This document shows positions 25,165 through 33,976 of a stretch of DNA of 63,380 bases, one piece after another. The translations under genes and the position numbers were made by a program. A model generated the notes under the pieces. It saw only the letters and a list, made by a program, of their open reading frames with translations, ran no database searches and was not told the DNA's origin. The DNA lies in the NCBI GenBank assembly GCA_002685965.1, contig NYZE01000009.1, positions 2,882-66,261 of the forward strand. The letters are read 5' to 3'. Position 1 is the stretch's first letter; the number at the start of each line of letters is the position of its first letter. This DNA is from Planctomycetota bacterium (GTDB taxonomy: Bacteria; Planctomycetota; UBA1135; GCA-002748355).

Positions 25165-26925
25165 TCACCCAGCGCGGCGTGGGTCGGGCTCGCGCGAACC
25201 CTCGTAGGGCAGCACCTCGGCAGCGCCGCTGCTGCGGATCTTCTCCTGCAACTGAAGCCAGAAGTCCACCGTGAGCAAGTCGGCGTGCTTTTCCATGAAC
25301 AGCGCGCGCGACTCGTCGTCCAGGCCGAGGAAGGCGCCAAACTGTTCCGGGAACACGTCGTGGGCACCGACGAAGAACGATGGCTCAGCGGCCACCTCGT
25401 CGTCGTAGCTGGTTGGCGCCGGCAACGCACGGAAGCAGCAGCTATCGATGAGGCACAGCTCGTCATAGTCATAGAAAATCACGCGCCCGTGGCGGCTGAC
25501 GCCGAAGTTCTTGAGCAGCATGTCGCCAGCGAAGATGTTCGTCGCCGCCAGATCCCGGATCGCCTGGCCGTACTCGCGCACCGCACTTCGCGCCGATTCG
25601 CGGTTAGCTTCCCTCAGGTAGAGGTTGAGTGGCCGCAGGCGGCGCTCGATGTAGGCATGGCCGATCACGACATTGTCGCCCTCGACCCGCACCGTCCGCG
25701 CAGCGCTCGCAAGAAGCTGCTGTAACAGATCGGGAGAGAAGCGATCCTTCGGGAACTCGAGCGACCGGAACTCCTGCGCATCGACGAGCCGACCCGCCTT
25801 GTCGTGCCTGAAGACGAGGTCGTAGGCCGCCTCGACGCGCTCGCGCGTCGTGTCCTTTGGATAGTCGAACTCGTCGCGGATCACCTTGAAAACGACGTCA
25901 TAGGACGGAAGCGTGAACACGAGCATGACCATGCCCTCGTCACCCGGCGCAACGATGAACCGGTCGCTCGATGCCCTGAGGTGGCGCACGAAGTCGCGAT
26001 AGCGCTCGGTCTTGCCCTGCTTGTAGCGGCCGAGCGCGGTGAACAGCTCCGCCAGGCGTTTGCGCGGCAGCAGCGTGCGCAAGAAACCGATCGCGGCGCC
26101 GACAGCTTTGAGGTCGACGTGGAAGTGCGAGCGAGTGAAGCCGAACAGCACACTGACCCCCTGCTCGGTCTGGATGACTGCATCGACTCGCACGCCTCGG
26201 TCCGTGTTCGCCAACACGATCACGAGCGGTGTGTGCGTCGTCCACCCGGTGACCCGACCCACGATGTAGGCACGCGTATCGCGGTAGAACACGGCGTCCA
26301 TGACGTCGATGCCGAGCACGGGATCGTTGTCGGCCTGCTGCCGCCGATGCACAACGATCTCGTCGCAGACGAACGCCGCACATCGGGCCAGGTCCTCGTA
26401 CGGCACTTGCCACTGGAAGTCCCTGAGCAACTCGCCGATCGCCGACGCGAGTGGACCTTTGTTCAGGTAGCTGCGGCCAACCAGCGGAGCGCCGACGTTC
26501 TGTAGCGGTTTGGATTCCGTGCCCGCGAACTGGAGGGTCGTGTCTACACCGACGGTCTGGAACAGACGCCGGGTCACCGAACTGAAGTAGGTTTTGAAGA
26601 ACTCGGCATCAACCAAGCTCACGACCAACGAGCAATAGCGCGCCTTGATGCGCGCCCACAGTTGGCGATCTCGGCTGCGTTCACCGAGCAGAGCTTCCAT
26701 CCGCTGGACCGACGCAGCAACGCACTCCCCCCATAGCTCGATGCGCTCGACGGCGTCACGCCGGCCAGCCGCCCAATCCCGTTGCTCGAACGTCGAACGG
26801 GCTCGCCGTGTGATCACGCGGAACGCATCGTCGTAGGCAACGAAGCCGGCACGCATCTCTTCGACGCACTGCTCGATCAGCGCCTCGTCACCGCCAGCTC
26901 GGTTGGAGTCCGTGCATTCCGCCAC
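25165..26925 (-). CDS. aceK: bifunctional isocitrate dehydrogenase kinase/phosphatase
   Basis: 586 aa with a GTG start at 26925. FAGDMLLKNFGVSRHGRVIFYDYDELC...VFPEQF closely matches the AceK kinase core, and the length matches E. coli AceK. Confidence 0.9.
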   Translation of the reverse strand: MAECTDSNRAGGDEALIEQCVEEMRAGFVAYDDAFRVITRRARSTFEQRDWAAGRRDAVERIELWGECVAASVQRMEALLGERSRDRQLWARIKARYCSLVVSLVDAEFFKTYFSSVTRRLFQTVGVDTTLQFAGTESKPLQNVGAPLVGRSYLNKGPLASAIGELLRDFQWQVPYEDLARCAAFVCDEIVVHRRQQADNDPVLGIDVMDAVFYRDTRAYIVGRVTGWTTHTPLVIVLANTDRGVRVDAVIQTEQGVSVLFGFTRSHFHVDLKAVGAAIGFLRTLLPRKRLAELFTALGRYKQGKTERYRDFVRHLRASSDRFIVAPGDEGMVMLVFTLPSYDVVFKVIRDEFDYPKDTTRERVEAAYDLVFRHDKAGRLVDAQEFRSLEFPKDRFSPDLLQQLLASAARTVRVEGDNVVIGHAYIERRLRPLNLYLREANRESARSAVREYGQAIRDLAATNIFAGDMLLKNFGVSRHGRVIFYDYDELCLIDSCCFRALPAPTSYDDEVAAEPSFFVGAHDVFPEQFGAFLGLDDESRALFMEKHADLLTVDFWLQLQEKIRSSGAAEVLPYEGSREPDPRRAG

Positions 26926-26980
26926 ATGTCCTTCTTCGGCGAATACGGAGCCCCTTCCCCAGAAGAAGATACGCCAGGGT

Positions 26981-27934
26981 TCAGCCTAGCAGCCGCTGCA
27001 GTGCCGCGGCGAACGCATCACCCATGCCAGCGCCCTGTTCGGGATAGAAGTAGGGCTCGATCAGCTCGAGTTCCAGGAGCACTAGCCCGCCGCTCGGGTC
27101 ACGCAGCATGTCGACGCGCGCATAGAGCAGGGTCTCGCCGACGGCGGCAATCACACTTTTCGCCAGGTCGAGCTCCCGCACCGACGGCTCGTGCACGCAC
27201 TCCCTTCCGCCATACATCGACTGCACGCGGTAGTCGCCGACCGAGGGCATCTTGCGCGCGCAATGCGAAAAGACGCTGCCGAAGAAGATGAACGACAGTT
27301 CACCTTCGCTGATCACGGCGGGCAGGAAGGGTTGGATCATCGTCCGCCCGGGCGGCAAGGCAGAGGCGGGAGGCAGCGCCATGCCGCGGCGCACGCGGGC
27401 CTGACGCCAGGCCGAGGCGCCGACTTCGGGTTTGACGATGATCTCATCGGACTCGAGTTCATCGAACGCTGCCGCGATCGTCGCCGTATCGGCGCGCTCG
27501 CACCACAGCGTGCGGACCACGGGCGCACCCTTCGCCGCGAGGTCCTTCAGGTAGGTCTTCCGGAGATTCCACGTGACGACCGGCAGTGGATTGAACAACG
27601 GAACACGCGCCGCGAGCCGTTCGAGCGTGGCCAGGAACGCTTCCGGCCGCTCGGGATAGTCCCAGGTCGTACCAATCACGATCGCCTCGAAAGCGTCCGG
27701 GTCCAGGGACGGATCGTCCCACACCGTGGCGTGCAGCTCGATCCCGTGCGCCCGGCAGGCCGTGCGCAACGGAAGGAACTCAAGGTCATGTTCCCAATAG
27801 TCCTCCCGCAGGTCGGGATGACCATCGAACACGCAAGCGGCGGTGAGGAAGGCGATGGAGGTCAGTCGAGACAGCCTACCCACGAGACCAGGTCGTTCAC
27901 GTACCCTGCCCCGTCGACATTGGGACTGACGCAC
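26981..27934 (-). CDS. ATP-grasp fold ligase (RimK/GshB-like)
   Basis: Motifs are IIVKPEVGASAW, GELSFIFFG, YRVQSMYGG, LYARVDMLRD and LLELELIEP. The start is uncertain; GTG 27883 is an alternative. Confidence 0.6.
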   Translation of the reverse strand: MRQSQCRRGRVRERPGLVGRLSRLTSIAFLTAACVFDGHPDLREDYWEHDLEFLPLRTACRAHGIELHATVWDDPSLDPDAFEAIVIGTTWDYPERPEAFLATLERLAARVPLFNPLPVVTWNLRKTYLKDLAAKGAPVVRTLWCERADTATIAAAFDELESDEIIVKPEVGASAWRQARVRRGMALPPASALPPGRTMIQPFLPAVISEGELSFIFFGSVFSHCARKMPSVGDYRVQSMYGGRECVHEPSVRELDLAKSVIAAVGETLLYARVDMLRDPSGGLVLLELELIEPYFYPEQGAGMGDAFAAALQRLLG

Positions 27935-28107
27935 ACGAGGCCAGGGCGAGATACCATCGACGGCTAGGCGGCAGCGTTGCGCATCGATGAGGAGTGGCTC
28001 GCCGACCAGCGGGGCGGGAACGCAGGCGATGTCGACCTAGTGGCAGACGACGATGTTCGACCCGGTCAGCGTCAATCGCCGACCGCGCCACAGCGGGCTA
28101 GCACTCG

Positions 28108-29301
28108 CTACTTGCGAGTGTTCTTCTTCGCCTTGTTCTTGCTGGCCGGTCTGCTCGCCGGCCTGCTCGTCGGCCTGCTCGTCGGCCTGCTCGTCGGCTT
28201 ACCAAACAGCTGGACAAGGTCCGCGTAGCCGTGCTTGGCGAGGTCCTCGGCCGGAATGAAGCGCAAGGACGCCGAGTTGATGCAGTAGCGCAGCCCGGTC
28301 GGCGCCGGGCCGTCGTTGAAGACGTGGCCGAGGTGCGAGTCACCGTGTTTCGAGCGCACCTCTACCCGCGCCACACCGAGCTTGCGCTCGACGACCTGGA
28401 CGATGTGCTTGGCGACTAGAGGTTTGTAGAACGACGGCCAACCGGTACCGGATTTGAACTTGTGCTTCGAACTGAACAACGGCTCACCTGAGGCGATGTC
28501 TACGTAGAGGCCGTCGCGCTTGTTGTCCCAGTAATCGTTGTTGAACGGCTTCTCGGTGTCGTCGTGCTGCGTGACTTGGTACTGCAGCGGCGTCAGGCGC
28601 TTCTTGAGCTCGACCCGGGACGGCTTCTTCCATCGCTCTTCTGCCGCCCTGGCCGCGGCAATCTCGTCCTTCCAGACCCGCTTCAAGAAGCCCTCGCGAC
28701 CAGACCCGAGACGGTACGACTTGTAGTGCCTCGGGTTGGTCTTGTAGTAGTCCTGGTGATAGTCCTCGGCCGGATAGAACGCGTCGAACTTGGTGACCGG
28801 AACGACAATCGGCTTCTTGAAGCGACCGCTCTGGGCCAGTTGCTCCTTGGAACGCTCGGCGACTTTCCGCTGCACTTCGTCGTGGAAGAAGATCACCGGA
28901 CGGTACTGCCGGCCACGGTCCGCGAACTGACCGCCCGCATCGGTCGGATTCATGCTGCGCCAAAACACTGACACCAGCTTGTCGTAGCTGACACGTTTCG
29001 GGTCGAACACGATCTGGATCGCTTCGGTATGCCCGGTGCGACCGCTGGAAACCTGCTTGTAGGTCGGCCTCTTCTCGAGTCCGCCGCTGTAGCCGGAGAT
29101 CACCGAGCGCACGCCTTCGAGCTTCTCGAACGGTGGCTCCATGCACCAGAAACAACCACCCGCGAAGGTGGCGACCCGGTCGCCCTTCTGCTGCTTGGCG
29201 ACCTTGGCAGGCTTGCTGCCAGGCCGGGAGTCCTGAGCATGGACGGCCACGGCCGCGACTCCGGCCATGGCAAGGAGGAACATCTTTGATCGTTGTGACA
29301 T
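28108..29301 (-). CDS. msrAB: secreted fused peptide-methionine (S)- and (R)-S-oxide reductase MsrA-MsrB with a basic repeat tail
   Basis: ATG 29301 gives signal peptide [23 protein letters not shown]. The MsrA motif is [11 protein letters not shown]. The MsrB motifs are GTGWPSF and [10 protein letters not shown]...RYCINS. The C-terminus reads [29 protein letters not shown]. Confidence 0.9.
   Translation of the reverse strand: MSQRSKMFLLAMAGVAAVAVHAQDSRPGSKPAKVAKQQKGDRVATFAGGCFWCMEPPFEKLEGVRSVISGYSGGLEKRPTYKQVSSGRTGHTEAIQIVFDPKRVSYDKLVSVFWRSMNPTDAGGQFADRGRQYRPVIFFHDEVQRKVAERSKEQLAQSGRFKKPIVVPVTKFDAFYPAEDYHQDYYKTNPRHYKSYRLGSGREGFLKRVWKDEIAAARAAEERWKKPSRVELKKRLTPLQYQVTQHDDTEKPFNNDYWDNKRDGLYVDIASGEPLFSSKHKFKSGTGWPSFYKPLVAKHIVQVVERKLGVARVEVRSKHGDSHLGHVFNDGPAPTGLRYCINSASLRFIPAEDLAKHGYADLVQLFGKPTSRPTSRPTSRPASRPASKNKAKKNTRK
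28151..28198 (-). repeat. four tandem 12-nt units (CTGCTCGTCGGC, first unit with 1 mismatch) inside the msrAB 3' end
   Basis: Read directly at 28151-62, 28163-74, 28175-86 and 28187-98. A degenerate fifth unit lies at 28139-50. The units encode the (P-T/A-S-R)n tail. Confidence 0.85.
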
Positions 29302-29542
29302 GAATGGCACCGCCTGCACGAGCGTCGGTCTACGACGCTCCACTGCACCCGTTCCCGACCTGCAACGCCGACGAGGATACAGATGATACAACGGTTACTG
29401 GCACCGAGGGATACGAAGGCGTGAGGCAAGCGACTTGTAGCCATCTCCGAGCGGGTGGCTCGCGTCGGCATAGAGGCTCTCGGCAGCGCGTTCGGAACGA
29501 TCACCAAGCTCATCCGCGCCACGATCAAATCGCTGCGCAAAT

Positions 29543-30451
29543 CTACTTACGCTGCACGTTCAGCGACCAGTCGTAGTCGAGCCAGGAGATACTGAGGCGG
29601 CGTCCCTGCTTGTGCGCCGCCGCCAACGCCGGCGCGAAGCGCGCGGCATACTCCAGCACGGTGCCGCCGACCTGCACGAAGTCACCTGCATACCATTCGT
29701 ATAGCTTCGTCAGGTACACCACATCGCCCTCTAGGCGCAACCACCGCGCGTCGCCGTGCATGGCCAGAGCCTGTTCCTGCAACTGTTGTTCGAGACGCTT
29801 GGCGTCATAGGCGTCGCGGCGGAGCGGCGGACAACCGACACTGGCACAGTTGATCGCAAAGTGCACGCGCGGCTCGACGAAGCGGTTGCGCAGATACTCG
29901 TGCTCGATCTGGGTCAGCGACAGCTTCTTGCCGCCGACGTCCCACCGCACGGCGTTCCAACGCTCAGACGAGGGAATGTCGCGAATCGAAGCCACCGGCC
30001 AGTGGTCGAGAATCAGCCGCAGCGTGAAAGCGTTGTACGCGTTGATCAAGAACGCCAGCTTCTCGTCGCGGCCCAACGCTTCGAACGGCGCCTTCTGCAC
30101 CTGCTCGAGGTAGCGGTTCAGTTTGCTCGAGTTCTTGCGCAGGCCGGCATAGTCGACACCCCCGCGCGCATCAACGTAGTCAGCCAGGATCGAGGTGAAG
30201 GCGGCGTGATCGAAACGGCCCGTCCCGGCCCCGGCCTTGTAGTGTTCCTTGAGATCGACCGTCGGCGGGCCGAACCAACTGCGCAGCGCGCACGAGCCAC
30301 CCCACAGCGCCAACAGGACGGTGCACGGGGTAGCGACGATCAAGATCACGGCACGTCGAACAGACACGATGCCATTGTGCCGATCCGACGGTACAAGAGG
30401 TAGGATCGCCCCGCCCGAGCCCAAGTCACCAACGCTGCCACGCGCACCCAC
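29543..30451 (-). CDS. DUF547 domain protein, membrane-anchored
   Basis: Motifs are AFLINAYNAFTLRLIL, RWNAVRWDVGG, LSLTQIEHEYLR and EPRVHFAINCASVGCPPLR, the DUF547 signature. There is an N-terminal TM segment. Confidence 0.8.
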   Translation of the reverse strand: MGARGSVGDLGSGGAILPLVPSDRHNGIVSVRRAVILIVATPCTVLLALWGGSCALRSWFGPPTVDLKEHYKAGAGTGRFDHAAFTSILADYVDARGGVDYAGLRKNSSKLNRYLEQVQKAPFEALGRDEKLAFLINAYNAFTLRLILDHWPVASIRDIPSSERWNAVRWDVGGKKLSLTQIEHEYLRNRFVEPRVHFAINCASVGCPPLRRDAYDAKRLEQQLQEQALAMHGDARWLRLEGDVVYLTKLYEWYAGDFVQVGGTVLEYAARFAPALAAAHKQGRRLSISWLDYDWSLNVQRK

Positions 30452-30484
30452 ACCGGCACCCGTGGTCGTGGTCGAAGCCCCCCT

Positions 30485-31321
30485 TTACTTGACCGTCAGC
30501 GTCACAGAACCGTTGCTCGACCGCAAGCTCGACTGCGTCGACCCATCGCCGAACCTCACCGAGCCACTCCGCTTCTTGAGTTGCTCCCGGACATCAACAC
30601 CAGCCTCGTTCTTGAACCGAACCCGGCCGTTGCTGGTGCGCATCGTCACCTTGCCGCGGAAGGCGGTGCCGACCGTCGCCTCGATGCCGCCATTGCTCGT
30701 CTGTGCGTTCAGCGGGCCGGCGTTGTCGTCGGCCAGCACGACGCGCACGCGGCCATTGCTCGTGCGGATCTTCGTGGCTCCAACGACGCCGCTCACGGTG
30801 ACACGACCGTTCGACGTGCTCAGATCTGCGCTGCCGTCGTGGCTCGACACGACGATCCTTCCGTTCCTCGTGGTCGCGACGAGTTGGCCGCCGATCGAGC
30901 CGACCGTGATCGATCCGTTCGACGTATTGAGTCGCGCGCCATTGGCGGAGGGCAACCGGATGACAAAGCTCGCACCGTCACGGCCGCGCCGCTTCTCCGG
31001 AAAGACCGCATAGACCAGCAGACGGTCATCGCTCTCCCTGGCGCAGTGCACCTCGACCTCGTCCTGCCTGGCGTCGGCTTCCTCTTGCGACCTTCCGCCC
31101 GCAACGAGCTTGGCCTCCACCTCCACGTCCTGCCTCGAAGGCTCGCCGAGCACCTTGATCGAGCCGTTGCGCGAACGGACTTCGACGGAGGCATCGTTCA
31201 CTTGACCGAGCCGCCAGGTTTGGTGTCTCGTTGCCGTGTGGGGGTCGGTGAAGACGCATGAACCGGCCAAGAGCATGAAGACGGCGAGAGCGCGAGCGAG
31301 ACTGGTCACTGGAACCTCCAA
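30485..31321 (-). CDS. DUF4097-type beta-strand repeat lipoprotein (putative adhesin fold)
   Basis: Lipobox LLAGSC. The repeated motifs are SNGSIKV, SNGSITV, RNGRIVV, SNGRVTV, SNGRVRV, SNGGIEA, SNGRVRF and SNGSVTL. Confidence 0.8.
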   Translation of the reverse strand: MEVPVTSLARALAVFMLLAGSCVFTDPHTATRHQTWRLGQVNDASVEVRSRNGSIKVLGEPSRQDVEVEAKLVAGGRSQEEADARQDEVEVHCARESDDRLLVYAVFPEKRRGRDGASFVIRLPSANGARLNTSNGSITVGSIGGQLVATTRNGRIVVSSHDGSADLSTSNGRVTVSGVVGATKIRTSNGRVRVVLADDNAGPLNAQTSNGGIEATVGTAFRGKVTMRTSNGRVRFKNEAGVDVREQLKKRSGSVRFGDGSTQSSLRSSNGSVTLTVK

Positions 31322-31586
31322 GTCGCGGGATATCTTAGGGCCCTACCGAGATTTCAAACCGAGGTTTTGGGGCGTGAAACAGCGCCGACTCGACCTGCGC
31401 CGGATTCGCCGCAGCCGCGGCCCGCTTGGCCACGTCGTCCGGGCTGGCTCGCCACGTCCCTGGGTTCTGGAGAAGACGCGAACGCTGGCGCCGGCGAGCA
31501 AACAAACGAGTGCGATCGTGAACCTGCCCCGCATGCGCACAAGCCACGCGAGACGCGCGGCCACTGTCGCTCGATATGCTGCGCGA

Positions 31587-32540
31587 ATGAAAGCAGCCAC
31601 AGATATCACCGAACTGGTTGGCAATACCCCCCTGCTGCGCCTCGGTCGCCTGTGTCCGGACCGCGAGGTCTACGCCAAGTGCGAGTTCATGAACCCGCTC
31701 AGCGTCAAGGATCGACCGGTGCTGCAGATCGTCACGGATGCGGAAAGCGACGGAAGGCTGCAACCAGGCGCGACCCTGATCGAAGCAACCAGCGGCAACA
31801 CCGGAATGGCGGTGGCGCAGATCGCGGCCATTCGCGGCTACCGCGCCGTGCTCGTCATGTCGGAGATCCAGAGCCTCGAACGACGCCGCGTGCTGGCCGC
31901 ACTCGGTGCGGAACTCGTGCTCACGCCCGCGGCCGAGGGAACGAAGGGTGCCAAGCGACGGCTCGACGGACTGTGCCGTGAGCACCCCGATTGGTTCTAC
32001 GTCGGTCAACACCAGAACCCGTCCAACCCACGCGCTCACTACGCGACGACCGGGCCCGAACTGTGGCGCGACACGGACGGAACCATCGACGTCCTGATCG
32101 CCGGTTTGGGTACAGGTGGCACGATCTGTGGCGCAGGCCGCTACCTGAAGGAACAGAACCCAGCTGTGCACCTCGTCGGCGTCGAGCCACGGGAGGCTCC
32201 GTTTATCTCGCGCGGTGAGTTCAAGCCACACCGCATCATGGGCACGGCGCCAGGCTTCGTGCCGGAGACCCTCGACCGGGATTTCATCGACGAGATCATC
32301 CTCGTGTCCGAGGAGCAGTCCTTCGACATGGCTCGACGCATGGCCCAGACCGAGGGTGTGCTCGTCGGCATCTCGAGCGGCGCGACGGCGCACGCGGCAG
32401 TCGAGATAGCGAACCGACCGGGCAACGAAGAGAGCGTGGTCGTCTGCGTGCTCGCCGACAGCGGCGAGCGTTACCTGAGCGTCGACGGCCTGTTCGCCAA
32501 ACCGCCTTCCACGGCTGCCGGAGGTCACGCTCGAGGATGA
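31587..32540 (+). CDS. cysK: cysteine synthase (PLP-dependent, CysK/CysM family)
   Basis: ATG 31587 gives MKAATDITELVGNTPLLRL. Motifs are NPLSVKDRP (PLP lysine), TSGNTG and SSGA. The upstream in-frame extension from 31236 overlaps the neighbouring gene. Confidence 0.85.
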   Translation: MKAATDITELVGNTPLLRLGRLCPDREVYAKCEFMNPLSVKDRPVLQIVTDAESDGRLQPGATLIEATSGNTGMAVAQIAAIRGYRAVLVMSEIQSLERRRVLAALGAELVLTPAAEGTKGAKRRLDGLCREHPDWFYVGQHQNPSNPRAHYATTGPELWRDTDGTIDVLIAGLGTGGTICGAGRYLKEQNPAVHLVGVEPREAPFISRGEFKPHRIMGTAPGFVPETLDRDFIDEIILVSEEQSFDMARRMAQTEGVLVGISSGATAHAAVEIANRPGNEESVVVCVLADSGERYLSVDGLFAKPPSTAAGGHARG

Positions 32541-32767
32541 CCACGTTCGGCTCGAGGCACTGCCACAGGGGCACGTGGACGCGCTTTGGGAGGTGTCCGA
32601 CGACAACAACCGGAGGTGCTACATGAGTCGCGACGTCCAGCGTCGTGACGATTTCGCCCTCTAGGCGACCGACTGCGTGAGCAGGCCGCCGGTTTTCTCG
32701 ACTCCGGTCGGCGGCCCCCGACCGCTGTGGGTGGTGAACACAAGACCACCGACCAAAGGAGAGACAG

Positions 32768-33439
32768 ATGTTCCACGCCACCACGACCATCCGCCGCAGC
32801 GTCCTGAACGCCGTCTTCGGCCTGACTCTGACCACCGCAATGGCCAGCGCCCAGATCCTCGACGCCACCGTCGTCCAGGATCCCACCCTCGGGACCGCGA
32901 CCTACACGATCGACGTCGGCGGCCCGCCGCGCGGTGCCATGGTCATTTTCGGCTCGACCAACCTGTCGACCGCCCCGCTCATGACCCCCTACGGCCGTTG
33001 GGACCTCGACACGAGGTCCCAACTGTCGCTCGGCGTCGTCCCGATGGACGAGCAGGGCTACGGCCAGTGGGAAATCACGGTGCCGATCGACCTGACCACC
33101 AACATGAACCTCTGCTTCCAGGGCATCGCGATCGACCCCAGCCACACGGTCCGCTGCTCGAGCTGGAGCTCGGCCTACCAAAGCTACGAGTCCAAGTTCA
33201 TCGGCGGGCGTGGCCTCGCCGGCGACTACTGCTCGCAATGCGGTCGCTACCGCTTCGTCGGCATCGGCCTGCCGAAGGGCAGCAAACTCGTCGTCAAGGT
33301 CAACGGCGTGCCGGTTTGCCTGGTCTACGCCATGTCCAACGGCCGCGCCGCTGGCCGCTTCAACCACAAGGGTCTGAAGGCCGGCGACAAGATCAGTTTC
33401 TGGGTCGACGGCAAGCTCGCCTCGACGCTGACGCACTGA
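32768..33439 (+). CDS. secreted hypothetical protein containing the recurrent beta-rich module
   Basis: AAAGGAGAG lies upstream of ATG 32768. Signal peptide VLNAVFGLTLTTAMASAQ. The module at nt ~32900-33137 reads PYGRWDLDTRSQLSLGVVPMDEQGYGQWEITVPIDLTTNMNLCFQGIAID. Confidence 0.6.
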   Translation: MFHATTTIRRSVLNAVFGLTLTTAMASAQILDATVVQDPTLGTATYTIDVGGPPRGAMVIFGSTNLSTAPLMTPYGRWDLDTRSQLSLGVVPMDEQGYGQWEITVPIDLTTNMNLCFQGIAIDPSHTVRCSSWSSAYQSYESKFIGGRGLAGDYCSQCGRYRFVGIGLPKGSKLVVKVNGVPVCLVYAMSNGRAAGRFNHKGLKAGDKISFWVDGKLASTLTH

Positions 33440-33454
33440 TCATACGGAGTTCTG

Positions 33455-33489
33455 CACGGCCCCGCGGCGCGCAGCGTCGCGGGGCCGTG
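33455..33489. terminator. GC-rich 16-bp hairpin between convergent genes (probable bidirectional terminator)
   Basis: CACGGCCCCGCGGCGC-GCA-GCGTCGCGGGGCCGTG forms 15 Watson-Crick pairs plus one G.U with a 3-nt loop. It starts 16 nt after stop 33439 and ends 12 nt before stop 33501. There is no U-tract. Confidence 0.45.
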
Positions 33490-33500
33490 TCCGTCAAGGG

Positions 33501-33947
33501 CTACGACCCCGACGTCGTGTAGTCCGCAACAACCTTCCACCCGTCGTCGAAACGGCGTAGCACGATCACGAACCGGCCCCACGGCGCGTCCTTTGCGCGG
33601 TTGAGCTGCCAGCGACCGCGGCAGACGACCGTGTCATCGGCCAACATCGACATGCTCAGCTCGGAGAAGGCGAGCTGCCCCATCGTCTCACGATCGGTGT
33701 AGCGGCTCCTGTAGCGGTCCCTCATGGCCTCCCAGCCGACGGCGGTGCTCGACGCAGTGGCAAAGACGAGGTCCTCGCTGTTCCAGTAGTCGGCACAGAA
33801 GGCGTCGAGGTCACCGCGGTTCCAAGCTGCCTGCTGGCGCAGAATGACCGTACGACACTCCCCGAACTCGGGCGGCGTCACGCACGAAGCGAGTAAGATC
33901 GGCATGACCCGGAGACATTTCACCATCGGCGCCATCTTAGGCGACAT
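33501..33947 (-). CDS. DUF4440 / SnoaL-like lipoprotein
   Basis: Lipobox ILLASC. The pattern QQAAWNRGDLDAFCADYW...RGRWQL...FVIVLRRFDDGWKVVADY indicates an NTF2-like fold. Confidence 0.7.
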   Translation of the reverse strand: MSPKMAPMVKCLRVMPILLASCVTPPEFGECRTVILRQQAAWNRGDLDAFCADYWNSEDLVFATASSTAVGWEAMRDRYRSRYTDRETMGQLAFSELSMSMLADDTVVCRGRWQLNRAKDAPWGRFVIVLRRFDDGWKVVADYTTSGS

Positions 33948-33976
33948 GCGTCTCCAAGTCGGGGGACCTCTCTCTG

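Noticed and set aside
28102-28129. The hairpin CACTCGC-TACTT-GCGAGTG followed by TTCTTCTTC on the plus strand, which looks like an intrinsic terminator.
   Set aside because: The U-tract is on the plus strand, where no upstream gene exists. On the minus strand the stem straddles the msrAB stop codon and is followed by GC-rich sequence. It is most likely a coincidence of the Lys-rich coding tail (AAGAAGAA).
28151-28198. Short tandem repeats (12-mer at 28151-28198, 11-mer at 46107-46132, 15-mer at 51241-51273) considered as CRISPR-like arrays.
   Set aside because: The units are 11-15 nt and directly abutting with no spacers. Two of the three lie inside coding sequence and translate into in-frame peptide repeats. 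No cas genes are present.
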